Shown: positions 41,801 through 52,390 of the stretch, piece after piece
Position numbering within the stretch: position 1 is the stretch's first letter
How the letters are laid out: each line of letters opens with the position of its first letter
Assembly: GCF_018977255.1 (NCBI RefSeq)
Contig: NW_024704745.1
Coordinates: 48,608,001-48,672,000, forward strand
DNA length: 64,000 bases
Direction of reading: 5' to 3'
Origin: Callorhinchus milii
Lineage: Eukaryota
The notes under the pieces: generated by a model
Database searches by the model: none
What the model was told of the DNA's origin: nothing
The model's input: the letters and a program-made list of their open reading frames with translations, nothing else
Position numbers and translations under genes: made by a program

Positions 41801-44800
41801 GACTACCAGGATGGTAGAAGGCTGACTAGATAGACCTTGCACTTTCTTCAGTTAGCAATTTCTATATCCCTATGTTAAAATTATGTACACTGTTCTCTAA
41901 ATTTGCTATTTCAATCACAACATTGGAATACAGTTATGCAAATTAGACACAAGTGGGTAAGAGATGGAACTTTTTAAGTTAGTGTGAATGGGGAGGAAAC
42001 CCCAACGTTTACTTATCCCCCCCAAAATCTAAAATACCTGTGCCAGCTAGATAGGCGCTTCAAAAAGCCAGGGGCAAATGTGGTAGCTACTTGAAGACCC
42101 TGAAATCACTTCCCACACACTGGCTAGCATTTTAAAGTGCTGATGGAGCTGCCCATCCCTTCTGCACATTTGCACAATGAATGTGGTAGTGCTGACCACT
42201 TAACATACCCCATTGTAGCAATTAGCATTTTATGGACTCATAAATACTGTATAACTGTATCGAAATATACAGACAGATGCAAGTCATGACTCATGACTAA
42301 GCACATACTATTGAGTATCAATTCATTTTGTAAACCTTTTGCCACTCCAAAAGTGATTCAATTGATAATGCAGTTATATGGAGTCCTGTAACTCAGTGGT
42401 GAGAGACTTGCAAGCGAGAGACCTGGGTTCAATTCCCGGCAGGGTGAAACCTCGGGCAAATTTCCCTACTCCACATACTCGATAATAATCCCTCAAAAAA
42501 AAATTGGTCATTTCAATCCACGACTGTTTGTGGGACACTGTTGTGCGCAATTGGCTGCCACATTTCGCCGACAAATATACAGTCAATTCACTTTACAGTG
42601 TATTCTGCGAAGCGCTTTGAGACATCTAGAAGACATGAAAAGCGCTATATCAAATGCAAGGATTATTATTATTATTGTGCAAGTCAGTAAGCCATTCAGC
42701 ATGATGACATCATGCAAGCTTTTATTTCGCAACACTAACATATTCAAACTGGTTATGAGCCGTCTTCCAAAATCCGTTTGAAGTGTCACAGTAATAGCTA
42801 TGATATATACTGTGTATCCAAAGCATAATGTTATTTTAAGGTACATTTGTAAAGATTACAATTTAATTGACAACATTCCTCAATTGTCCATATTATGATG
42901 AAAATAAGATTATCAATTAATGAGTATACACATCAAAATTTTAAAGCAAATACTGGATTATCAAACATTAGTCCTTAATTGCAACAGCAGTGGATAATAT
43001 AGCATCACTGTACATGTGTGTGGAAACGGAGGGGGGGTGTGGAGAGAAAGAGAAGCAATCGTTGTGTGGGCACTGAACCAGACCAATGAGATGCAAATAG
43101 TTTCCCAACTACCTTTCATTACTTGAAAACAAAGAACTGAAACTAGTTTTGCCCAGTCAGTCAGTAACTTAGAAATAGATCTCAGCCTTTTGCTTCTCCA
43201 CAGCCATGGAGAACTTTTCACTGCTAAATTTAAGGGAAAGAAGCAATTTTCAAAAAAAAACAATTACCCACCTCTTCTCCAGCTGCTGTATTCCTAAGTG
43301 CTTGCAGAAGAAACGTGACCTTTGCCTGGCCTGTGATATTCTCATAAGCTTCCTGAATAACAGAAGGAATATTTTTAAATTAAGATTGTGTCGCATTATC
43401 TCCAAGTCTCAAAAGTCTCAATAAACCAATGCAGATTCACAATTCAAGCTGTAATTTTGTAAAGGAATGTTATCAATAACCACTTCAGCATAAACTATTA
43501 GCCTTGATCAAGATGTTACTCTCTACACCTAAATTACACACACATACAAGTTTGATCTCAATCTTCTAGAATACCAATCCTACCATCATCCCAATATAGC
43601 TCAAGCAATTTCTTAAATGGGTCTGAAAAGATCACATCTAAGTGAATCGATTCCTTAAGGTCAGCTTTGTTGTATTACGTTTTAAACAGGTAGCCTCAGG
43701 TCCATTCTATACAATACAAAATTCTATTTGTAAAAATTCTTTCACATCGGGAAGACGTCCCAAGGCGCTGAAGATATACTAATACTATATACTAAATATA
43801 TGATATACTGAAAAATCTAAATTATTTTGTCCACAATTATCTTAAAATTAGAACTACAAGTTAAACCTGAACTCACAAAATATTTTTAAAAACATGGTAG
43901 ACAATAATGAATGCATTACCCCCAAAAAATGAATTATAATATAATGTATATAATTCTTGCATTTGATAGTGCTTTTCATGTCTTCCAGACGTCTCAAAAC
44001 ACTTCACAGAATGTACTGTAAAGTGAATTGATTGTATATTTGTGAGTAAAACGTGGCAGTCAATCGCGCATAGCAGCGTCCCACAAACAGTTGTGGATTA
44101 AGTGACCAGATTATTATTGTGTTTTTTTTAAGTATTTTCATCTAATGAGGTTTATAATCAGATTTAGCAATGAAGAATTTAGTTCTCATCCTGAATGTGG
44201 AGTCCTGTAGCTCAGTGGTTAGAGTATTCGCCTCGCAAGCAAGAGGCCTGAGATCTATTCCCAGTAGGGCGAAATGTTGGGCAACTTCCCTTACTCCACA
44301 CACCTCTGCTTACCTAGCAGTCAGTAGGAACCTGGTTGTTAGTCGATTGGCGGATCACTTTTCCGGGGATAATAATTTGGTCACTCAATCCATGACGGAG
44401 ACGGCTGTGTGCAATTTGGCTGCTGCGTTTCGCCCACAAATATACAGTCAATTCACTTTACAGTATATTCTGTGAAGCTCTTTAAAACATCTAGAAGATG
44501 TGAAAAGCTCTATACCAAATGCAAGGATTATTATTATCCCGGAAAAGCAATCTACCAACCAACAACCAAGTTCCTACTTACTGTTAGGTAAATAGAGGCG
44601 TGTGGAGTAAGGAAATTTGCTCAACGTTTTGCCCTGCCAGGAATCAAACCCAGGTCTCTTGCTTGCGAGTCGAGCGCTCTAACTACTGTGCTACCGGATT
44701 CCATTATCGATTCAATTGATGCATTTAAACAGATACTGCCACAAACTAATGCAATGTTAGACCGGGCTCCATAGCTGAATATGTTACATAAAATATATAA

Positions 44801-47800
44801 AAATAACTGCTTGTCGAAATTATCAAGACTAACCATGCATTACAAGCACAAATATACAGTCAATTCACTTTACAGCATATTCTGTGAAACTCTTTACATC
44901 TAGAAGATGTGAAAAGCGCTATATCAAATGCAAGGATTATTATTATTATTAATTCATTTCTAACAGTGCCATGGGAACTTTAACATCCACCAGGGACCTA
45001 GATTTAATATCTCATCCAAAAGAACAGCATCTCCAACATTGCAGTTCTGCAATACAAATGTCAGCCTAAATGTTGAACTCAAAGTCCTGACTTTGAAGGT
45101 TAGGGGTTGAACCTTCTGACTCGGAGGTAAGAATGCTAGCAATCAGACAGCCGTTACCGTAAAGCGCTCTGAAACCCCATCCGGCGTGGAGGGCGCTATA
45201 TAAATCCAAGTTGTTGTTGTTGAGAAATTGTGGTGAGACAGTGAGACACAGATGCAGACTGATTGTGATTTTAACCACAATAGTCTCAGTGCTGTGGGTA
45301 TGCTGGCAGTTGTATTGGAGGGACTCAATCAGAGAATACATGCACAATGATATTAAAACTTTAAGCTGAAAATGACAAATTATAAACTTTCTGAATTAAA
45401 AGAAAACTCAATTTTTCATCATAGAGAAACTTAAATTTTCCAGCAGTGAATCAATTTGCAAAATGTATTAGTTTTCTCAGATTTTCCATCTAGTGAGGTT
45501 TATAATCAGATTTAGCAGTCAAGAATTTAGTTCTCATCCTGACCTTCTCAAGCACACACAAATACACACACACAGGCATTATCACAACATGACAAGTTCA
45601 AAGATCCTCCTTGCAAAGTCATTGGATTGCCTGTTCCTAACTATGCAACTGTTTGACATAGCTGCTTTGACACTGAAGTTGCACCTTTAAAGTATTACGT
45701 CAAGTCTTACAAACAGCCGATGCATAAACCCATTAGCTAAACCTCAGCTACAACAGGCAAGGATGACCCGAATCACTTTGTCAGTAAAACATCCAATTAA
45801 TTCAGAGGCTCAAAGAATCATAGAAACCTTTTGAGTCATCTTTTGGTGTCAGCCTCACGTCAGACTCTGAATCTCTCTGGACTGATACTCCAGTGCAATA
45901 CTGGTATGTGTTGCATGTTGGAGGTGCCCTTCTTCAGATGCGATGTTAGACTGAAGCCCCTTCTGTCTGTTCAGGTAGACATTAAAGATCCCAGGGACTA
46001 TTTGGACAGGGAAACAAGTTTCTCCTGGCGATCAATTCCCCAGATAAAATTGATCAATCATTCCATAACTGTAAATATTTTGGTACACTTTAGCCGTGAA
46101 TAGAAACAAAGAAGCACTTTTATAGCACCTTATTTTGAAATGTCATAGAAAATCACAAGTGTACTTTTGAGCACAGCCACTGCATTTGTTGCAAACAAGT
46201 CCATCATTTATACCAGTAAGCTGAAACGTAACAGACATGGTGCAAGTAGAAATGCAATGGATGTGATAATGAGCTGAAACATAATGGGCGCGATGCAACG
46301 TGAAACGTAATGGACGTGGTATGGTGCAAACTGAAAACATATCTTGGGTCTGACATATCTTGACAGCTGTTTCTCTCAAATGGATTTAATGCCTTCACAT
46401 TATAAAATACCTTCATCGATTATCAAGTTCAATCTGCACATATGTGGACCCAGTGACCTCATCATTTAATATACACAGTATCTTACTATACAGACATTTC
46501 AAAAGTTATAAGAGACTTCAACATATCTAACTAATGACAACAAGTAGGGAAGCACAGCATTATTTAGATGGAACGACTTTGGATGAAGGTAGAAATGAAT
46601 ACAAGATATTCAAAAATAAAAGTGGCTACACAAATTTGATGTAAGGGTCCACTTGAACAAATCTCTTTCTGAAGCAGAAAGAACAGCATTACACTATACA
46701 TCAAACTGTATTGTGTCATCTATTCAGAGATTTTGGACATCCCAATGATGACTGATAAACCTGATGTTAACCCACTCTATAATCCTGAATGAAAGATTTC
46801 TGAACAGAGGTACAAAAAAAGCATCTCCTGCCAGGATTACACATTTCAATCGGCATTAGCACATCTATTTTCAGATCTGAAGCCAATTGTCTTTTAAGAA
46901 TGAATGTGCTGATTATTACAAGTGATGTAACTGAAAAAACGAGAGTGGCTTTGATGACAATTCAGTAGCAAATAGCAGCTCAGTCTGACTAGACATATGA
47001 AGCTAGTTAAATCCGCATAGGATTCCCTACCAGGCTTAAGAATAGAAACCCAAGCACTTTTAAGAATGAATGAACAAACTGACATTAACTATTCACAAAG
47101 AAATCTCATAATAGTACAAAAGCTGTGTGAATCAAGCCTATACAGCAGACTTGCTTTCACACTTTTTTGTACGATGTTTAGTTATCAATCATCACTTTAT
47201 TAAGAGCCTGGGAGTCATTTAAAATGAAGATAATTATAGCGGGCTAAATAAATTTGGGTCAAATTTGCTTTTAAACATCTCCATTATTAAGTGGTGATTA
47301 ATGCAAATATAATCAGACACCTTTTTCAAATGGCTAATCTTCATTTGTAGGCTGATATTTGTGGGGAGGGAGGAAAAGATGGGATCAAAGCTCAGTCTTT
47401 CCCAATGCTCACATATACAGGGTGACCATAAAGTCGTGATACCCTATTATCTTTAAAAAAAATTAATCTCTTTTAAGACTTATCAGACATGTAATGGTAT
47501 CATGACTGCAGTTACACTTTCCAGCGATAAATCGCACATAGTTAGGAGCAGGATTCCTGGATGATTTCCCCCTTCCCAGTCTGAAAGTACTGAGACCAAC
47601 TGGAATTGCTGATACAATATTAAGTCAACCATTCAAAAAAAAAGGAAATATCTCCCTGTGCCATGACCATCAATCCTCCAAATGAATTAGACTTGGCAGC
47701 TTGTGGGACATTACAGTTGCATTCCCTATAAAGACAGTCACTACACTTCAGATCAAATACTTACACAATGCTTTGAGACATTAATACAAGATAAAAACAA

Positions 47801-50560
47801 AAAACATTTTTGGGAGGAGGGAAGGGGGCTGACAACCTTGTTGTAACAAAAATGGGAAAACTTTATATTAAAATTGTGGTAAAATATAACTAATCTTTGG
47901 TTTGATGCTGACCCTAGGTGTTTGAAATGATAAAGTGTTCTATTCACAACACATAAATCTCACACCGAGTACTAAATTCACTAAATAGTGTAACTCCAAT
48001 ATAATGTGCACAACATCTCTCTGGAGGGCTTTGAAGTCACAATTATATACAATAAGTAGTTTGCCATCATTTAAAACAAAGCATTACTATCACATTATAA
48101 TGCTATTATTATTATTATTATAATGCTAGTAACTCAGGATAGCCAACATAAAAAAATACAACTACCCATCATAAAATAGAATGGTCCTACACCAGTGAGA
48201 TTCCAGGTTTCTGAGGAAATCAAAAATGACCCTAGTATACACTCAAGCACTTGTTCCTTCACGATCCACAAGTTTAAAAATAGACAGAGGGCTGATATTT
48301 CATAGCCCATTTCCACTGGATAACATACTAGAAAATGTAAATAACCCCCTGATTGAAACTAATACTACAGTCAACTTTTTCTAAATGCAATGTACTTTGT
48401 TATATATTAAACATCTTTCTAACTTATTCCAGTTAGTTCACCTCAAATGACTCATACAGAATTAGCAAACCACATCCAATGCAGTTCACAGGCACACTCC
48501 ATGCAAGCACCAGCTAAATGAAATGACTAATGAACATCATTGGTGTTAGGGAACAAATGTCACAAGTTCCACTAAGCAATAATAAGCATATCCATATTTC
48601 TGATGGGGAAACTAAACAAGGCCCAATCTGCATAAAGATGAAAGAAAAAAAGGATTAGAAAAATGCAGTTTATAAATGTTAACTGAAAATAATCACCCAC
48701 TTTTGTGCAAAAGTCAGAGATAAAGAACTGTAGTTGGCATATTGAATCAAGCTTGTTGACAAAACCCATGTAAGAGTAGAGGCATTGTCCCTGATTTTAA
48801 AAGGTCATTATAAAATGGTTTGGCTCTGCTTTGCAACCAAAGTACTTGATTTTTGTTTCTAACTTCTACATCATTGCTCTATAGATATGATTACTTAATG
48901 ATACATTATATAAACAGTACATCAAGTTCAGTACTGTAAGCAATTCCTTTCAACCAGGTGTGAAAAATGATTTACATAACAGGCCCATTTAAAAACATTT
49001 CCAATTTTCTTTTAGTTCATACAAAGACAACAACTCAAAATAACAGATTATCAATTGCACTCAATTCTTCCAGAGACAATTGAGTGCAATTGATAATCCA
49101 TTCACTTCACAACTTCTGCACTGCATTGTACTGTGTGATGGGAAGCCAACTCCACTGGCTTCCCATCACACAGAGGGTACAGTTCCTGGTCCTGACCTTC
49201 AAAGCCCTCCATGGTCTTGCTCCCCCCTACCTCTGCGACCTCCTAACACCCTACAATCCTACTCTACTCACTCAGCGGGCTCCGGCCTGGCCCATGTTCC
49301 CACCTCGCTCGCCCCACTATTGGCAGGCGGGCCTTCTGTCACTCTGCCCCACCATCTGGAACTCCATCATGCAGTCCCTCCACTTCGCCCCCTCCCTTGC
49401 CACCTTCAAGACTCATCTCAAGACCCTCCTCTTCGACCTTACTTTTGATCTCCCTGCTTCCCCCACCTGCCCTCCACCCTCCCAGGCCCTGACCCCCAGC
49501 TCGGGTCTGTGACTCTTTCTATCTGGCGCCTTGGGAAGTCCTCCCGACGTGAAAGGCACTTTACAAATATAATTTTGGTGTTGTTGCATTGCTCTTTGAA
49601 TGCATACTGCAATTTAAGAGGAAATAAACATTAAATTTGCGATTAGATGAACCCTTTTGCTATACAGACAATATGGATTTTACATGGGTATAAACATCAG
49701 TAATTTCTACCAATGTACTACACACACACACACTCTATCGAGTCTTATCTCAATATTTTCAGAGATCTACACATTATGAGCGTTTATACTTTTCACAATA
49801 CATTCGCTTCCAATGATTCAACGTCTGGATGTAGAAACGAGACTACCGTTATTGCCCAATTATGGGGGTATCTGTTAAAGCGAGAATCCTGATCACGGTG
49901 TATGCATTCCGGCATATGAAGTAAAAACCCAAACACTTCACACATGAGCAGCTCTGCCCATCCCACAAAACTGGACCGGAGCAGATTCTAAAACACTTGC
50001 ATTCTGGAAACTATAAATCAAAGGAGGAAATCTAACACAGACACACACACACACACACACCTCGGGGGCCTTGAGCTAATCTTCCAAGGAGTTCCTGCTG
50101 GAATCTCCCGTCTATTCAACACGTTATGGATCCATTAAAATGACGGATCCATTAAAATGACGGCGATCGATGCGCGACTAAACTTCATCTTCTCCATTTA
50201 TTTACAACTGAAATCAAAAGGAATTCAACATGGGATCCTCTTCCCTCCCGCCCCGAGCAGAGCCGCTGCCCTGACCGCAGCAGCACATGGAAGGAGGGAG
50301 GCGCTGGCCTCAGATACAATGTAATGCAACGTGCCCGGCCTCACTGCCTGTCACACGTGGGCCCGGCCACTGCCTCCCCCTTGCCATCCCTGCCACTGCC
50401 ACCGCCACAGAGGGAGAAGCCGGCCGGCGGCCCACCGGCCTCCCTCGTCCACCACCAGCCCCCGGGGGCCCAGCGCACTCACCTCGGCCTGTTTCCTGAT
50501 CGCGTTATCAGGGTTCAGCAGGTTGCTGAGTAAGAGGTAGAACTGCTGCTGCTCCGCCAT
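14896..50560 (-). CDS. IPO5: Importin-5 (karyopherin beta-3/RanBP5), 26 coding exons, about 1093 aa
   Basis: Manual minus-strand translation follows vertebrate IPO5 from [26 protein letters not shown] to [28 protein letters not shown]. Exons: 50560-50483, 43352-43272, 40376-40184, 39098-38996, 36999-36903, 36807-36703, 35442-35320, 34125-34005, 32819-32732, 31784-31678, 30594-30470, 29495-29407, 29016-28843, 28166-27948, 27870-27787, 27086-26954, 23737-23616, 22635-22539, 21573-21401, 20629-20518, 20425-20370, 20121-19999, 19911-19692, 18875-18647, 16172-16031, 14982-14896. All intron phases are compatible except exon 12 (89 nt, 90 expected). Summed length is 3281 nt, or 3282 with the missing base. 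Confidence 0.97.
15370..15750 (+). mobile_element. Degenerate L2 3' fragment
   Basis: ttcaagatccttgtcctaacctttaaatccctccatg...ttcaaggtctgcctcaagacattcttctttgac plus tail. Confidence 0.75.
16173..18646 (-). other. GC-AG intron (IPO5 intron 24)
   Basis: The exon ends ...ATT GAA AG|gcaagt and the next starts tttacag|T AAC AAC CCA, restoring [12 protein letters not shown]. Confidence 0.9.
17960..18557 (+). mobile_element. Young L2 LINE 3' fragment
   Basis: [48 protein letters not shown]; pyrimidine-rich 3'UTR, stem-loop and (GTT)n tail. Confidence 0.93.
21574..22538 (-). other. U12-type (minor spliceosome) AT-AC intron (IPO5 intron 18)
   Basis: 5'ss ATATCCTTT (22538-22530), branch point TTCCTTGAC (21592-21584), 3'ss AC (21575-21574). 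Splicing restores [16 protein letters not shown] in frame. Confidence 0.95.
22890..23100 (-). mobile_element. 3' two-thirds of a SINE
   Basis: (aat)n-ccttgcatttgatatagcgcttttcacgtcgggaggacgtcccaaagcgc...gcggcagccaattgcgcacagcaatgtcccacaaac. Confidence 0.88.
24190..26540 (+). mobile_element. CR1-clade LINE, 5'-truncated and disrupted, carrying a nested SINE
   Basis: [51 protein letters not shown] and [13 protein letters not shown] motifs across frameshifts; attcctatgttcctaa tail. Confidence 0.95.
24678..24966 (+). mobile_element. tRNA(Ala)-headed SINE nested in the CR1
   Basis: GGAGTCCTGTAGCTCAGTGGTTAGAGC... head with A/B boxes, Deu-like core (gtttgtgggac...ttggctgccgc), L2-like tail and (ATT)n. 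Confidence 0.92.
28460..28830 (-). mobile_element. Degenerate L2 3' fragment
   Basis: Reverse-strand ttcaaatcccatcacgccctggcac...ctctggaattttctccctc...aagaccttcatcttcgaccatgcc. Confidence 0.7.
33725..33927 (+). mobile_element. Two short L2 3'-tail fragments in tandem
   Basis: gctcgggt...gcgcttcag...aaaggcactatacaaat, then ccctcaccctgaccattt...gacgtgaaaggcgctcataaatggaatcttgttgttgttgtt. Confidence 0.8.
34330..35262 (-). mobile_element. L2 LINE fragment
   Basis: Reverse strand: [20 protein letters not shown]-like sequence, [20 protein letters not shown] and [20 protein letters not shown]. Confidence 0.9.
37855..38050 (-). mobile_element. Degenerate L2 fragment
   Basis: Reverse-strand gccgaaactctcactcacacc...ctcgacttcacagatgcactcctcactggtctcc...ccacaatttccagcttgtccaaa. 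Confidence 0.6.
38077..38380 (+). mobile_element. tRNA(Ala)-headed SINE, slightly 5'-truncated
   Basis: Same head, core and tail as the 24678 and 56178 copies. Confidence 0.88.
42380..42675 (+). mobile_element. tRNA(Ala)-headed SINE
   Basis: Same family; small deletion in the D-arm/anticodon region. Confidence 0.9.
43950..44120 (-). mobile_element. 3' half of a SINE
   Basis: Reverse complement of the SINE core and tail. Confidence 0.8.
44198..44536 (+). mobile_element. tRNA(Ala)-headed SINE, long form
   Basis: Same family plus an internal segment of about 75 nt (ttacctagcagtcagtaggaacctggttgttagtcgattggcggatc). Confidence 0.88.
44535..44702 (-). mobile_element. 5' half of a long-form SINE, inverted
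   Basis: Reverse complement of the head and internal segment of the 44198 copy. Confidence 0.82.
45880..46060 (+). mobile_element. Old Deu-domain SINE fragment
   Basis: actccagtgcaatactg...ggaggtgcccttcttcagatgcgatgttagactgaagcccc...caggtagacattaaagatccc. Confidence 0.62.
49110..49590 (+). mobile_element. L2 LINE 3' fragment
   Basis: [32 protein letters not shown]...LWNSI...[11 protein letters not shown] plus tail. Confidence 0.9.
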
Positions 50561-50990
50561 GGCGCCGTGTGCGTGTGTGAGAGGGTGGGAAGGAGGGAGG
50601 GAGGGGGAGAGAGAGAGAGAGAGGGGGGGGAGGGAGAGGCTGGGGAAGCGCCGGCTCAGGCGACCTCTGACAACACGCGGAGGCGGGGCTGTGCACCGGC
50701 CGCTTATCAGCTGCGGGCGGGCGGGTAGTGGGAGGAGCAGCCGCGCTGCGCTGCGCAGGGGAGAGAGACGGGAGGAGGAGGCGGGTGAGTCCGCGAGGCG
50801 GATGGTTTGACCCCCCGGGAGCGGGCGGGGCAGACAGGACGGCTCCGGGGCCTGTGTCTGAGCGGCGGGGAGGCCCGTAACCATAGAGACCGATTGTGTC
50901 ACGTCTCTGGTCAACGCGATGACGCAGTGCCGCACACGCCCACGCATGTCATTGGTGGCGATTCATTAGCGACCATGCGCACACCGCAGA
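50250..50990 (-). promoter_or_regulatory. CpG island / IPO5 promoter and first exon
   Basis: Sharp rise in GC and CpG. Several GGGCGG boxes, an RFX X-box-like GTAACCATAGAGAC (50877-50890), GTCACGT (50898-50904), a CRE-like TGACGCA (50920-50926) and ATTGG (50951-50955). Confidence 0.85.
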
Positions 50991-51136
50991 GAGAGAGAGA
51001 GAGAGTGTGTCTGTCTGTGGGGGGGAGTGGAGGGGTGAAGGTCAGGGAAGGGAAGGCCTGGCTGGTGAGCGTTGAGGAGTGGCCACTCTGCGGTGCCAAG
51101 CGTCAGAGACAGACAGACAGAGAGACAGAGAGAGAG
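50985..51136. repeat. (GA)n and (GACA)n microsatellites next to the promoter
   Basis: Visible directly; similar (GA)n at about 50607-50622 and (CA)n at 50041-50060. Confidence 0.85.
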
Positions 51137-52169
51137 GGGGGGACTCTCTGTGTCATTGCCCCTGGATCTCAGCCCTCTCCACCCAGCAACACCCACTCAC
51201 CCCCACACCTGCACAGTGGCAGCTGTCTTCATTAATAATGTAGTGTGTTTTTTTTATTATTATCCAGCAGTCTGCACACAGCATCGCCCCAAAACGGTCA
51301 TTCACCTGACCGCTGTTTGCAGGACGTTGTGGTGCATACGTTGGCAGCCACGTCCGCCCACAAATGCAGCATCACTAAACTTTCCAGTGAAATCCTGTGA
51401 AGCGCTCCGAGACACTATCCTGCATGAAGGGTGCTGTATAAATGCAAGTTGTTGTCTTAATGAAATGCTGAGAAATGCTGTGTTAAAATACATGAATTAT
51501 TATTACAGTGCAAAGAGGCATTCATTTGATTTCCTGGTCCATTAATTACCTGTTACAGTAGTTCCTCTGGGAATTACTATTTATTATTAAAATCCATCTA
51601 AATACATGGAGTTTTTTTTTAAGTGGGCTGCATGGAAAATTTATATTTTTCAATCAAAATAATTGTTACTTTTAATGATTGAGACTTGACAGATCTGAAT
51701 TTCACTTTTGTGCTGTTGTTGCCCCATGCAGTTTTGTTAAATAATTTATTTTAAAAACAATCATTTTACATTATTATTATTATACACCTTATAACTTTCA
51801 ACTGGAGAATTAAGAGAGATTAACCAGCAGACATGGGGTAAATTTCCACATGTATGCGGATGACACGCAACTCTATCTCTCTGCCTCAACTCAACTGAGC
51901 CAATCTAGTACACATGTCTTTTAAGCCTTTTGAGGAATGGTTTCAATGTTTGAAACAGATTATCTGTTTGTAAAAGCAGCATAATTTCTGATGTCTGATT
52001 TTCTTTTTTGTTTTTTCAAAAACCTCTGGATGTTGAGCACAACTGGATCTCATGATTTCAAAGCACAAAATGCAGGGACATCTGTCACCTGAACAAAAGG
52101 AAGATCCAGATTCTTACAAGGTTTTCACGGGCGGATCCGGTAGCCATGCCATCAATAACCCGGCAGCTT

Positions 52170-52390
52170 TGCAATATCACTATTGTTTTCAAGATGTCTC
52201 AAAGCGGTTCACAGAATATACTGTAAAATGTATTGACTGTATATTTTTCAGGAAAAATGCGGCAGCCAATTGTGCACAGCAGTGTCCCACAAATAGGCAT
52301 GGGTTGAGGGACCAATTTATTATTTTTTTTGTGAAGGAATTATTACCCCCGGAAAAGCAATCTGCCTTGCGCATCGTTTTTCCAGGGAAA
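52170..52390 (-). mobile_element. Degenerate long-form SINE, 3' part
   Basis: gcggcagccaattgtgcacagcagtgtcccacaaa plus internal-segment remnant. Confidence 0.7.

Noticed and set aside
50128-50161. 17-bp tandem duplication ggatccattaaaatgac x2 (also ttccctatccctggc x2 near 17020-17053)
   Set aside because: Ordinary slippage-type micro-duplications with no functional evidence.
50561-50947. Upstream extension of the 198-aa ORF (50947-50351) as a longer IPO5 N-terminus
   Set aside because: Low-complexity read-through of a GC-rich promoter/5'UTR. Homology begins at the ATG at 50560 (context ggcgccATGG), and the exon ends at a gtgagt donor at 50483.
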